Assembly (NCBI GenBank): GCA_965603825.1
Contig: CBFDEM010000062.1
Span: 682,001 to 746,000, forward strand
Source: Blepharisma stoltei ATCC 30299
Lineage: Eukaryota; Protista; Ciliophora
Reading direction: 5' to 3'
Length of the DNA: 64,000 nt
The position numbers and the translations under genes are program-made. Below are positions 1 through 11,987 of this stretch, one piece after another. Numbering within the stretch: the stretch's first letter is position 1; each line of letters starts with the position of its first letter. The notes under the pieces are model-generated. The model ran no database searches. It had not been told where the DNA came from and saw only the letters and a program-made list of their open reading frames with translations.

Positions 1-2
1 GA

Positions 3-710
3 ATAAAATCGCACCATGAGCATATCGTCCACTATCTTGGCTCTCTATGATTCATATTAGAAAGCATCAGTTCCTCTACCGCCAACGACTCAATTTTAAC
101 AGAAATCAGGACCTCTGAAGAAATTCGAACAGTATTATGGGACGTTTGCACTTCTCCTCTTTCCTCTGCAGACCATCGGCTTATGTTTGCTTTCTGAAGC
201 ATTTATCGCTATTATTTTCCAAGGTCCTGGAAAAATGAAGTCCTTGACCCAGCTTGGCGAGAAAAGCAAGACGCAGACAAAAACAATCAGCAAAGACTAG
301 AAGCCATCGACATTTCTAAAGGCACCTGGGAAGACTGGGCACAAGAGATCTTAAATCGTCTGGTAAGGCATGACTATTCAACCCCCTTTTTAGAGCCAGT
401 TGACTACGTGACAGAAGGCTTATATGATTATCCTGAAATCGTGACCCATCCTATGGATTTTTCCACAATCCAGACTAAACTAAAAAGCCACGAATATTCC
501 AATTTTTATAACTTTTCTGGAGATGTCAGACTTGTCTTTGATAATTGCAGGAGTTATAACGCTGAAGGCTGCGAGCTCTACCGCTATGCAGAAACTCTAG
601 ATGAGTGTTTTAGAGTACTATCAAGACCAATAGAAGAGCATTTAGGAAAAGGCCAGCCAGAAGTGAGGTTGAAATTAAGAATATTTGGAAGAGACGTTAA
701 AGTTGAATAA
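3..710 (+). CDS. C-terminal part of a bromodomain-containing protein (5' end outside window)
   Basis: Frame is open from the window start when TGA=Trp. Bromodomain signature PFLEPVD...YDYPEIVTHPMDFSTI...DVRLVFDNCRSYN; ends TAA at 708-710. Confidence 0.85.
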
Positions 711-1616
711 CTAAAATTTAAGATATTTGTCTTCAGCTCTCTTAAGTTCGTCCATATTTTGGAGTCTGAAAATTTCTTTGACACTTACGCAGTCTTTTTC
801 TACAGGGACAAGCGACTGGTTTTCGTAGATAAGCTTGGTGGTTTGTTGCATGGTTTTTACTGCGCTTCTGATGTTGTGGTTGGCCCAGATGATCATGTTG
901 ACTCCCCATTCTCTGAAGCTGTCTGTAGGTGTTGTGTAGTATTTTGTTGGTACAATGAGAACTGGATGTCTACGATTCCACTCTCTCATGAAAGCTTGAA
1001 TTTCTGTAGGCTCTGCAAGCTTGCTATGCATAAGAATTGCATCAGCACCAGCTTGTCTGTAAGCTTCAGCTCTTCTTACAGCTTCTTCTAGACCCCAGCC
1101 TGCAATAAAAGCTTCAACTCTTGCTACAACTACGAAATCCTTATCACTTGCTTGTTCTTTGCAAGCCTCAATTTTCCTACTGAATTCATTAATATCAGCA
1201 AGTTGTTGTTTAGCACCGTCTAATAATGAATTTGTCTTAGGGAAGAGCTTATCTTCAAGGCAGACGCCTGCAATTCCACGCTGCTCGAGCTTTTTGACGA
1301 GTCTTCTGGCGTTGTTGAAGTTGCCATATCCAGTATCTCCGTCAAGCAAAATTGGGATTGAAGTTCTGTCTGACATGAATTCGAGGACATCAAGGACTTG
1401 AGTCCAGGAAGCTTCATTACAGTCACGAACACCCAATTGAGCAGAAATTGAAAGGCCACTACCCCAGATTCCTTTGAAGCCAGCTTCTTCAACAATAACT
1501 GCTGACATTCCATTGTGGGCTTCCATGATAAATTGGAGCTCATTACTGTGGAGCATCTCTTTAAGCTGAGTGGTCTTTCTCTTAGTGGTGAAACTACGGG
1601 CTAATCTGCCTAGCAT
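711..1616 (-). CDS. pepM: Phosphoenolpyruvate phosphomutase (phosphonate biosynthesis)
   Basis: PepM-diagnostic EDKxxxxxNS motif ([10 protein letters not shown]), plus DGDTGYG and MEAHNG; basic/hydroxylated N-terminal extension. Confidence 0.95.
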   Translation of the reverse strand: MLGRLARSFTTKRKTTQLKEMLHSNELQFIMEAHNGMSAVIVEEAGFKGIWGSGLSISAQLGVRDCNEASWTQVLDVLEFMSDRTSIPILLDGDTGYGNFNNARRLVKKLEQRGIAGVCLEDKLFPKTNSLLDGAKQQLADINEFSRKIEACKEQASDKDFVVVARVEAFIAGWGLEEAVRRAEAYRQAGADAILMHSKLAEPTEIQAFMREWNRRHPVLIVPTKYYTTPTDSFREWGVNMIIWANHNIRSAVKTMQQTTKLIYENQSLVPVEKDCVSVKEIFRLQNMDELKRAEDKYLKF

Positions 1617-2210
1617 TTATAATCCACATATTTTAAAAGGAAAATATGTGGAAGTGATGACATCAAGGGAAGTATTATCATATAAAATATTTAGAGTTAG
1701 TTTTTCAATGATATTGAGAAGATATGTATAAGTTGTATTAAGAAAATAGAGCAGATAAGTAAGCATTTTGTGATTTAATCACTTATAGCTTTCTTGAAAC
1801 TACATTGAAAATTCAATGCTCTTCAAACAAATACTTATAGGAGCTTTGATTATAATAATGAGAAATAATAAATTATTTAAACTTAATTTGCTATCATAAA
1901 CTATGTTAATTTTGTGCCTTATTATTCCAATATTTTTTGATAGACTTTTTAATAAAATTGAATTATTAATTAAATTATATAGTTGAGAGATAAAATTTAT
2001 CGATAGAAATTTTAAGAATAATACCTTTGAATTGAATTGTTCATTCAAAGTTTTCCATAAAGCCATAGTCTTATATCAAAATAATTAAAATACCCTCTTA
2101 TACAATAATAATTATTATAATATTTATAAAAAATTATCATAAATTAAGATAGCTTTTCTCTTTATCAATATTGCATCATAAATATCAAATGTTTCTTTAA
2201 ATATAATAAT

Positions 2211-2681
2211 ATGGACAAGGACAGACTTTTAAAAGTTCTTCAGAACAAAGAAAATCAGCTAAACGAAATGCAAGCGCAATTTATCAGCCACAATAAAACA
2301 ATAGAAACGCTGCAAAAGCGGATTCGAAACGTAGAAGGAGAAAATGAACTGCTGAGGAGAAAAATCGAGCAAAAAGACAAAGAACTAGAAAAAGAGCTGA
2401 AAGAAAAAGACATTATTTTTGCCAGAATACAAGAATTAGAGAAGACCGATCAAGAAATAGAAATCAATACACCTAATTTATTGATTGAAGATATAAAACC
2501 TATAGAAAATGAAGAGATTATCAATGTCTCATCATCAAAAACTGAAAATGCCAATAGTTCTGAAAAGCAAGAAGAAGAGCCTGAGAAGCAAATAGAGCCT
2601 GAAACATTTATTTCGAATGAAATCGATATTACAAAGGAATTGGAAAAAATGGGACTTGGTGATTTGGTTAAAAAATACTAA
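2211..2681 (+). CDS. Small coiled-coil protein with acidic C-terminus
   Basis: 156-aa ATG..TAA ORF with heptad E/K/Q/L pattern in AT-rich flanks. Confidence 0.7.
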   Translation: MDKDRLLKVLQNKENQLNEMQAQFISHNKTIETLQKRIRNVEGENELLRRKIEQKDKELEKELKEKDIIFARIQELEKTDQEIEINTPNLLIEDIKPIENEEIINVSSSKTENANSSEKQEEEPEKQIEPETFISNEIDITKELEKMGLGDLVKKY

Positions 2682-3268
2682 AATTAGTTCATGCTTAATT
2701 GAATATAGAATAAACATTGTAAAAATCAATCACAAGTTAAAATTTTACTAAAAATAATAATTTTTGAGTTGATTGCTTATTGATATCCATAATATTTATA
2801 AGAATTTAGCATTATAGTGGAAATAAGTAAATAATGCAATTCACTATAAGAGATTTCTAAATATTTTTATTTGAGTTATCTAGAAGATAACCAGGATATG
2901 AGAAAAAATTTTCAAGAAGTCTCTTCTAATTTCTGCTACATATATGATAATTAAAATGTATAGAAAAATAAAGAAATAATAACTATTTTATCCAAGCGCT
3001 TTTTTCTTCGAGACGAATACTTCAAATAGCTATTTTTCCCATAAAACACTTAAATCTGTTCATATCTCTATAAGTTTATTTTTGGATTTTTGCCATTTTT
3101 ATAAGATTGTAGTTCAGACCCTTGACTCTTGAGTATCAAAAAAAGAACAATTTTGCCCTCTTTTTCATTATAACGACCTCAATAGTGTGTCTGATTTAAT
3201 TTATAATCCAAAATGCTTTAAATTATGTGCATAATAGCCAAATAAACAGAAAAACAAGTAATAAAATC

Positions 3269-6151
3269 ATGGAAAGGCTAGATATGGATCTTCACGGGCT
3301 TTCAAGCGAAGATGAAGCTCCACCTCATGAAAAAGATACTGAGTACATACCTGAGTCCAATGCAGGAAGGCCACCTACCATTGCGCTGGTAGATTCCCAG
3401 ACAAAACTTCAGATGCTCATGGACAAGATTGATGCATTGACGCACTCATTGAACCAATTTCAGCAACGTCAAGCCACAGCCAGCAATATAGGAAAGAGAA
3501 GGCACGGTCCTGAAGGTGAAGATGAAAAAGATTTAATTAGTGCTGATAACTCAATTTACACCGTAAAATTGACTGAGCAGCCTTCAAATATCATAAATGG
3601 GACAATGAGAGAATATCAATTAGAAGGGCTCAATTGGCTGCTAAAAATGAACGCATGCAAGGTAAGTGCGATTCTTGCTGATGAGATGGGCTTGGGCAAA
3701 ACCCTTCAAACAATATCTTTGTTGGCCTATTTGATCTTGAATGGGGAAACCGCGCCAAGTATTGTCTTAGTCCCTAAAAGCACACTTTCCAATTGAGTGA
3801 AAGAGTTTCATTTCTGGGCGCCTTCTGTTCAGATTTTTGAGTTCTATGGAAATCTTGAGGAGCGTGAGCAGCTGAGGCCAAAGGTCCCAAGGACTAACAC
3901 TTATAATGTTTTACTCACCACTTATGAAATTGCAATGGCTGAAAAAACAGTTCTCAAAGGGGTAAAATGGAATTATGTCATCGTAGATGAAGCCCATCGC
4001 ATCAAAAATGAGAAATCAGTGCTTTCCAAAATTGTCAGACTTTTTTCCACAAAGTTGAAACTGTTAATAACAGGCACTCCTCTGCAAAACAATTTGCATG
4101 AACTTTGGTCGCTTCTGAACTTCTTAATGCCGGAAATTTTTGTGTCTTCTGATGATTTTGATCAATGGTTTGACTTAAAAAACGCAAATGCAGATAATCA
4201 GGATTATCTTGTAAGGCAGCTGCATAGGGTGTTAAGACCATTTATGCTAAGAAGGCTTAAAAGAGAAGTGGAATCAAAGCTTCCACCTAAAAACGAGCTA
4301 TACGTGTTTTTAGGGATGACCAAAACACAGAGAGAATTATATAAAACTATTCTCACTAAAAACATAGAAGTTATAAATGGATTTGGAGAAAGAAGTCAAT
4401 ATATGAATACTATTATGCAGCTTAGAAAAGCATGCAATCATCCTTATCTATTTGAAGGAATCGAGCCAGGCCCACCATTTGTGGACGGAGATCATCTTAT
4501 AGATGCCTGCATGAAGTTTAAATTTTTGGATAAATTAATACCAAAACTAGTCCAAGGAGGCTCAAAAATTTTGATTTTTACACAAATGACTAGATTACTA
4601 GATATTCTTGATGATTTTCTGAATATGAGAGGATATAGGTTTTGTAGAATTGATGGAAATACGCCTTATCTTGATAGAGAATCTCAGATAGATGAGTTTC
4701 AAAAAGCAGATTCCAGTGTAAATATATTTATTTTATCGACAAGAGCAGGGGGATTAGGCATAAATCTTCAATCTGCAAATACTGTAATAATATATGACTC
4801 TGACTGAAACCCACAAGTAGACTTGCAAGCTATGGATCGAGCTCATAGGATTGGTCAAACTAGAACTGTTACTGTTTATAGATTTGTGACCGAAGGCACT
4901 GTAGAAGAAAAAATCGCAGAGAGAGCAGCAAAAAAGCTCAAAATGGATCACTTAGTTATTCAGAAAGGAGCTTTGGCTTCACAGAATAAAGCGCCTTCTG
5001 CACAAGAAATGAAGCAAATTCTGCAATTTGGTGCTCAGCAAGTGTTAAAAACAGCACACGATGATATCGCAGATGAAGATATCGATACTGTTCTACAATA
5101 CGCTCAAGAAAAAACTGAAAAAATAAATGAAGAGCTTACCAAACTAGAAGAAGCATTTAATTTAAAAGACCTTAGCTTTGATGGAGCTCTTCTCTATGAA
5201 TTTGAAGGCGAAAATTATAAAAATGTTGAAAAAGAGCACATAAGTTTAGGCAAAAGAAACAGAAAAGCAACAGGCTCTTATGATACGAATAAAAACTCCT
5301 CAGCACAAAAAAAAGATAAGTCTAAACGAGGATGAAGAGCTCTTGTAGGAGGCGGCCACCCTCACCAGTTTTTTGATGACGAAGAGCTCGATAAACTTGA
5401 CCAAAAAGAAGAGGCCTGAAATGAATATTTAAATACAAAAACCAAAAGAAGAACTCGTGGCGAAGCGGCAGCTGATAAACCACTAGCATTCACTGATAAA
5501 GATAAAGCTTATAGAAAAGAGCTGCTAAATGAAGGCTTCGCTAATTGGACAAAGAGAGAATTTAACAGTTTTATTACAGGCTGCGAAATATATGGAAAAG
5601 AAAATTTTGAAGAAATCCAAGAAGAAGTCGGCACAAAAACCCTCAAAGAAGTAAAAAAATACGCAAAAGCTTTCTGGGAACATTATGCGTCAATGCCAAA
5701 TGGAGCAGAACTTGTAGAAAGAATAGAGCAAGGACAAAGGGACAGAGAAAGACTATCAAAAATCGAGACTATTTTGGGGAAAAAACGAGCGAAAATTGAG
5801 GCTGGGGAGCCGATAGAATACCCAGCAGATTCTGAACCCTCACATTTTTCGAGAGAAGAAGACGAGTTTTTATTAAAACAGCTTATAGGCAAGGTATACG
5901 GAGAATGGGACGATATTAAGAGTGAAATCCAAAATTTGCCAGAATTCAGGTTTAATGTGTGGTTTCAGTCTAAAACTGTAGAAGAAATTGAAAAAAGGTG
6001 CGAGTATTTGATAAATGTTTTGGATGAAGAAAGCGATACACCAAGGAAAAAAAGGGTTATTGAGATGGATGAAGATGGGAATAGGACAAGAGTGGAGGTG
6101 AAGCCAGATTTTCAATGGATAATCACGTTCCCAAAAATAGTTTTAAACTAA
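3269..6151 (+). CDS. ISWI: ISWI/SNF2H-family chromatin remodelling ATPase (~960 aa)
   Basis: One frame across 4 TGA codons (3794, 4805, 5333, 5417). [34 protein letters not shown][W][17 protein letters not shown]; SANT/SLIDE region [10 protein letters not shown]. Confidence 0.95.
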
Positions 6152-6276
6152 GCATTGAATATAATTAATTAGATTTTTCTTATAAGATTTTAAACAATAT
6201 CTTCTCATTCTCATAAACTCACAACGCTAGATTTTTTATTTCTGATACAAGTCTATATTTAAAATAATAAAATAAT

Positions 6277-7068
6277 ATGAGTTACCAATTCATGACAGTA
6301 GGCACCCTTAACCAATATTTATCTTTATATGAAGGCAGACTAAAAGAGCCTTCCTGTTTGCCTCTCGCTCTTGAAGATTTATGCTCAGGATGATCCACTG
6401 ACACCTTCAAACAAATTTTAGTAAAGATCAGTTTGAATGGAAAAATTGCAATTCCATGTGTATTCAACCAATATAATGAACTCGCTGTATTTTCCAACAA
6501 AGCAAACACCCTTCAAGAGATTTTCAAGCTTTTTGATACTCGGGCTTTATCAAGAATAGATTCTCTAGAACTAATCAGCACAATCGCAATGATATGTTCT
6601 GGACCTCTAGACAAAAAAATTGAAAATTGCTTCTTTGCCTTTGGGCTTAACGAAGACTGTACCATTACAAAAGAAGAAATGCAATTGTTTTTAGATTCTT
6701 TGTTTCGAGGGACTGCAAAAATAGCTTTAATTAAATCTGATACGTTTTATCCGAGGAATCCGAATAAGCGGTTGGCTTCTCATGAAATTGCGAGGATTGT
6801 TAACTCGATATTTAGTGGGCAAAATAAGTTATTGAGTGCAGATGAATTTTGCCAGTGGCTGCTGAGAGAGCAAGGACCGCTGAATAAGTTTTTTAATCTT
6901 TTTGTGAGGAGGTTTCAACAATGCCAGGAAGCAAATAGAGAATTAAATATAGCTAGGCTGCGAATAATCCCGTTTATAAAAACAATCATCTATTCAGATA
7001 TCTTACAGAAAGCAAATGTTCAATTAGGTTTTGAAGAAACCAAGCAAGCAGCAAAAACGAAGAAATAA
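6277..7068 (+). CDS. EF-hand (calcineurin B/NCS-like) protein
   Basis: ATG 6277 is in frame through one TGA. Degenerate EF-hand pair IFKLFDT...IDSLELI and FFAFGLNEDCTITKEEM. Confidence 0.7.
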
Positions 7069-7128
7069 AGGAAATTTATTATAAATTAGCTCAGCAGATT
7101 ATGTTGTTTTAAGCATAAAATTCATAGC

Positions 7129-7575
7129 TTAAAGAAATGGTTTTATAACATTAAGAGAAACCAAATATCAGCTAAAAAGAGAAAGCATATAATTCCTTCC
7201 TTCTTGATAGCCTAGAATAGAATTAAGAGGCCAGTATATATCTGCGCCATGAATGTTCAAGTTATAATAGCTGCCTAAGAAAAGAAAGGCAAAAGCATAA
7301 GGCATGATCTTTATAATCAGCACAATCTCAGAGCTTGTTGACTGCTCTTTCATTTTTCCCAGCTGCTGCTCTAATGTGTTTATTCTGCGTTGAAGTTTTG
7401 AGAAAGCAGCAAAAGTTGATGGATTATTTAGCTCTTCTGCTTGCTCTTTTAGCTCTTTTATGGTATTTGCAAGCTCTTGTTTGGCTGTATTCGGACGAGT
7501 TGATAATTGCTGTAAAAGATATTTGGATCCTAGAATTGATATCCCTGCTATCAAGCATACAATTACAGGATGCAT
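7129..7575 (-). CDS. GET1: GET1/WRB-like tail-anchored protein insertase
   Basis: N-terminal TM, coiled coil with PSTFAAFSKLQRRINTLE (GET1 FAKxAKLxRxI pattern), further TM segments; reads through TGA at 7168 to TAA at 7129. Confidence 0.7.
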
Positions 7576-7742
7576 ATTATATATTTGACATTATTTTGCT
7601 AGAAATAGTCAACAAATAGCCATGATTTCAAAAACTCTAAGTCTTTTATCCAATTTTGCAAATTTTTATATAAGGATAAGAATTTTAAGACAATCTTACA
7701 TATACAAAGCAATTATTAAAGCAAATCAAACTAAATTTAAGA

Positions 7743-8045
7743 TTATTCTAGAACTGCAAGAATTTCTGAATCCTTATAGATGGAATACTTTTCATCTTTG
7801 AAATCAACTGATGTTCCACCATAAGGAGGCAATAACACTTTCTGTCCCACTTTGACTGCGATTTCTTGGAAGTTTCCTTGCTCATCATAAGATCCTGGGC
7901 CAATGGCAATGACTTCTCCGATTTGCATGTCTCTTTCCTTGGTTTCTGGCAAGAGAATTCCTCCTGCGGACTTGTTTGGAATTTCTTGTCTCTTGATCAT
8001 GACTCTGTTTAACAGTGGAGTAATCCTTCTAAAGCTTGAAAGCAT
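7743..8045 (-). CDS. HSP10: Mitochondrial chaperonin 10
   Basis: PLLNRV...SAGGILLP...GEVIAIGPG...VKVGQKVLLP.YGG GroES-family pattern. Confidence 0.95.
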   Translation of the reverse strand: MLSSFRRITPLLNRVMIKRQEIPNKSAGGILLPETKERDMQIGEVIAIGPGSYDEQGNFQEIAVKVGQKVLLPPYGGTSVDFKDEKYSIYKDSEILAVLE

Positions 8046-8131
8046 TGCCGTATATTTTATTATTATTTCTATTAGAAACTATGGCTAAATTAGGTGTCTA
8101 AGACCATACCTTCATAAACATATATTTTCAA

Positions 8132-8677
8132 ATGGGCTGCAACGATAGTCAGATGGAAGAACATAATATAATTATTACCAACCCACCTACAAAGTCCTAT
8201 AAAATCATAATAATAGGTAACAAAGCTGTAGGGAAGACATCAATTATTAATAGAATTATGTGGAATACTTATGATAGCAAGATTCAGCCAAGCTACTCTA
8301 ATGCATGCAGCTATAAGCGTGTTTCTCTCAGCACAGGCGAATCGCTAAATTTAGACATTTGAGACATAACTAAAGACGCTGATTTTAAAATTCACTTATC
8401 AAATGCAAAATTTGGAATATTAGTTATTGATACTACAAGCGAAGAATCAATTACAAACTCAGTCCATTGAGCTGATGAATTAGCACAAAATCAAGTAAAA
8501 TTTTGCATTGCAGCGAATAAAGTTGACAAATTTAACAAAAATTTAGTTAAAGAAATTCGAAGTATAGCTAATGATTACAAGTGCCTAATGATAGAATCCA
8601 GTGCCAAAACTGGATATGGCATCAATACAATACTTGACATAATAGTCCTAAATTTGCTTAATTCAAGGCTTCTATAA
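8132..8677 (+). CDS. Divergent Rab-like small GTPase with N-terminal MGC
   Basis: G1 GNKAVGKT, LDI[W]D (TGA at 8360), G4 NKVD, G5 SAK; second TGA internal; TAA at 8675. Confidence 0.85.
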
Positions 8678-8735
8678 TCATCCTCTCAAAATTATATTTT
8701 TAAATTTTAATAAAATACTTTCCGCCAAGATCAAA

Positions 8736-9230
8736 ATGGATAAGAAATGCCCAAGTTGGTAAGATCTATTCAGCAATAAAGACATATCAAGTGATATTTT
8801 TGAGCTTCATCAAGTCCACTGCGAAAGATTCCTCACAAAATGTGACGAGTGCAAAGAAATGATTCCAAAAGCAAATTTAGAAAATCATAAAAAGGAGCTT
8901 CATGCAAAGCTTAAATGTTCATATTGTCAAAAACAATTCGAAGAGAAAGAAATAGGAATACACAAAGCCATATGTGAAAACAGACCAAGACCCTGCTTGT
9001 TCTGTGGTGCAGTAATGGAATTAAATGAATTAATCAAGCATGAAGAGGATTGCGGGAATCGGACAGATGAATGTGAAGCTTGTGGAAAATATGTCACGAT
9101 TAAAAATATGCCTCAACATCTTGTTGAGTGTTTCGAAGAGATAGAAAATAGAGCACCTTCAGTTAGAAAGCGGAAGATGTCTGAAGAGAAAAAGCCAAAT
9201 AAAAAGCGACTAAGAAAAAATAAAGGCTAA
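8736..9230 (+). CDS. TRAF-type zinc-finger protein (XAF1/TRAFD1-like); one 15-nt intron
   Basis: Splicing 8759-8773 gives MDKKCPSCNKDISSDIFELHQVHCER; repeated CxxC...HxxxC fingers follow. Confidence 0.85.
8759..8773 (+). other. 15-nt spliceosomal intron (phase 2)
   Basis: GTAAGATCTATTCAG, A at position 10. Retention gives TGG TAA; removal restores a CxxC zinc ligand. Confidence 0.9.
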
Positions 9231-9332
9231 GTTTTGATTATTATACTGTAGTTTACCTTATAATGCCTTGATTTGATTTTCAGGAAATTATTATAAGCAA
9301 AAATAACTAATAATAATTTTATTTTAATTCTC

Positions 9333-11885
9333 CTAAAATAGTGTCAATTTTTCACCCACATGCTCAATTTTCCCTGCACTGAATTTATTGTATTGTGCTT
9401 CATATTTTTTCCTTTTCTGATCATTAATGGATTTTTGGAAACCTAGGACTTCTTGTTCTAAAACAAAAGTATCAATGGATTCAATTTCTTGATGGGCAAG
9501 TTTAATTTGTATATTATTGATAACACTTTGGATATCTGCACCAGTGAAGCCTTCAGAAATTTCTGAGGTTTGATGGGTATCTAAGTGATATCCAAGCCTG
9601 CTAAGCATTTTATTAAAAATTTCAGCCCTTTCTTGTGTATTTGGGAAGCCACAATAAATCTTGAAATCAAGTCTTCCAGGCCTTAAAAGTGCGACATCAA
9701 TCATTTCAGGCCGACTTGAAGCTGCAATAACGTAAACTCCCTCTTTGGCTTCTACTCCATCTAATTCACATAAAAATTGATTGACAACTCTGTCTGTGAC
9801 TCCTGTTTGGCTTCCACTTCCTCTTTTCGGAGCTATTGATTCAAATTCATCAAAAAATAAAATACATGGAGCTGCCCTTTTGGCTCTTTCAAAAACTTCT
9901 CGTACAGATTGCTCTGAAGCCCCAATATATTTATTTAAAAGTTCTGGTCCTTTTACTGAAATAAAGCTCAGATCACATACACTTGGCAGCGCTGAAACTA
10001 AATGTGTTTTCCCACAGCCAGGAGGTCCGTATAATAAAATTCCAGTTTGCTGCTTCAGCTCATAGTTTTGGAATAAAATCCTAAATTTAATCGGAAATTG
10101 CAGAGTTTCCAATAGTACTCGTTTAGCATTATACATGCCTCCAATATCATCCCACTTCGTAGACTCCTTTATAACAGGAGCACTTGTAAGAGCTTGCGGC
10201 ACGAAATTTTCAATTTCAGCCAAAATTGATTCTTTTGTTATTTCAACCCCTAGTGCTTTTAACTTTAATTTTGCTGATTTGCAAAATGAGAAAATATCTC
10301 CGATTTGGTATGACTTCATTTTACTTGCAATTTCTCCATGAGCAGTTATATCAGGAGGAAGCAAATATCCCAGCACTTGTGTAATATCTGAAAATGAAAG
10401 GGAAGGTATTGATATTTGGGCTGTCGTATGTGTTGATGACGTCAATATTTTGTGGATAGAATTTTCATTGTTGCAGGTGAAAATAAATTTTATTTTTTTC
10501 TTCGGTTTTAAAATTTCTAACATTGATGACAAAAACATTGCACATCTGGAATACATTATTTTTAAATCTACAGTCACTTCTAGAGGTGTGTCTTCTATTT
10601 TTCCACAGATTTCTTCTAAGTCGTCAATAATTAAAACAGTTGGAGATTTCTCAGCAGCTTTATTCACTCCATCTACTATTTCTTTTAAAAATGATAAGTC
10701 TCTTTTTGTAAAAGTTCTTGCGTGAAGAATTATAGTTGCAATATAAAAATCATTTAATTTCTTTTTTAATAGTTGGCAGTAAAAAGATTTGCCGACTCCG
10801 CTTGCACCTTTGACCAAAGCTGCACTATCTGGTATCCCATTGTCAAAATATGGCAAAATTTCATTATTAATCAAGCTGTTAAGACTTTTCTCTATGCTGT
10901 CTGTAGAGATAACTTCCTTTTCTATTTTCCTAGCATCAGTGAATTCTTTATATTTAAAAGTGCTCAATATTTGTAAATCATTTGATTGAAGGACAATAAA
11001 AGGCTGTCATTCTTGTAAATTAATTGTTGTATCAATAGCTTTTGCCTTCAAGTAGCAATTATCTTTATTTATACTCATGCCATGATATAGCACTAAATTT
11101 CCAGCCTCATTCAAAATCTTTTCAATAATTTCTTGATTTCCTTCAATCTCAAACTGAAAATTCGCTGTTTTAACTTCCAAACTAAATATATTAATAACAC
11201 ATTTCACATTCTCCTTAAAAGGCAGGACTTGTTTTGCCTTGTATTTCGAAAATTCTTCTAAAGCCATACATTTAATGTGTCCATCCCTCACATTCCCATT
11301 CCGATTTATCCCAAGAATGAGCTGATTTTCTCTTTTGCAGGCAATTAAAGTATTTTCTGGAAATTCATTGCATATCATATCAAACTCTCCTGGGGCAGCC
11401 CTAATATTCATCAAGCTATCCCTTTGCACCCTAGGGAAAGGCTTTACAGAAATTTCTGCATCTCTTCCTACAAATCCATAACCTCCAGTAATTTCCATCG
11501 CCCTAAGCCAAACATAGCAGTTTCTTATCCACACAGGAAAAATCATCCCACTCTGTAATACCTTTATTTGACTTAAAAGATTTTCTTCTAAATATCCAGC
11601 ATTAGAGCTGATAAGTTCTCATGAATCTTCGTCAAGAGGCTGCACTTCAACAATAGTAATTTGTTTGCCTTCTACTTCTTCAATTGCTACATAGCTTTCT
11701 TCAGTGATTCCTATAGATTTCGCAAAAATTGCATTTATTTCAATATTTTGAGATGATTGTTTTCCAGCCCAGCCAACATAAACTGAGTTCTCTGCTATCG
11801 TAATTTTAAGGACATTTGAGCGAGGTTGAAAAGGTAATGCTACAAAGCAGTCATTGGAATTTACAAATTTAATAGGAAGCAGCAT
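9333..11885 (-). CDS. PEX1: Peroxin 1 AAA ATPase (~850 aa)
   Basis: Three ORF pieces join via TGA. PEX1-N motif EDS[W]ELISSNAGYLEENLLSQI...FPVW; D2 GPPGCGKT, SVKGPELLNKYIGASE, TGVTDRVVNQ, ALLRPGRLD. Confidence 0.92.
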
Positions 11886-11987
11886 TTTTCAATTATTAAA
11901 TAAGTTGCTCACATATTGATATTTTATCAATAAAGAGTTAAATAAACGATTTATTACTGAAAAAAAATAGCCAAGATTATTAAGATA

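Noticed and set aside
1800-2066. 88-aa ORF (similarly 50919..51149)
   Set aside because: Extremely AT-rich, I/L/N/K/F-biased intergenic frames; the second overlaps decayed duplicate sequence.
711-2681. Bacterial-type phosphonate gene cluster
   Set aside because: pepM is alone; its neighbours are eukaryotic chromatin and coiled-coil genes.
4805-4807. UGA as selenocysteine or Cys (Euplotes-type)
   Set aside because: Aligned positions are conserved Trp, and paralogs carry TGG.
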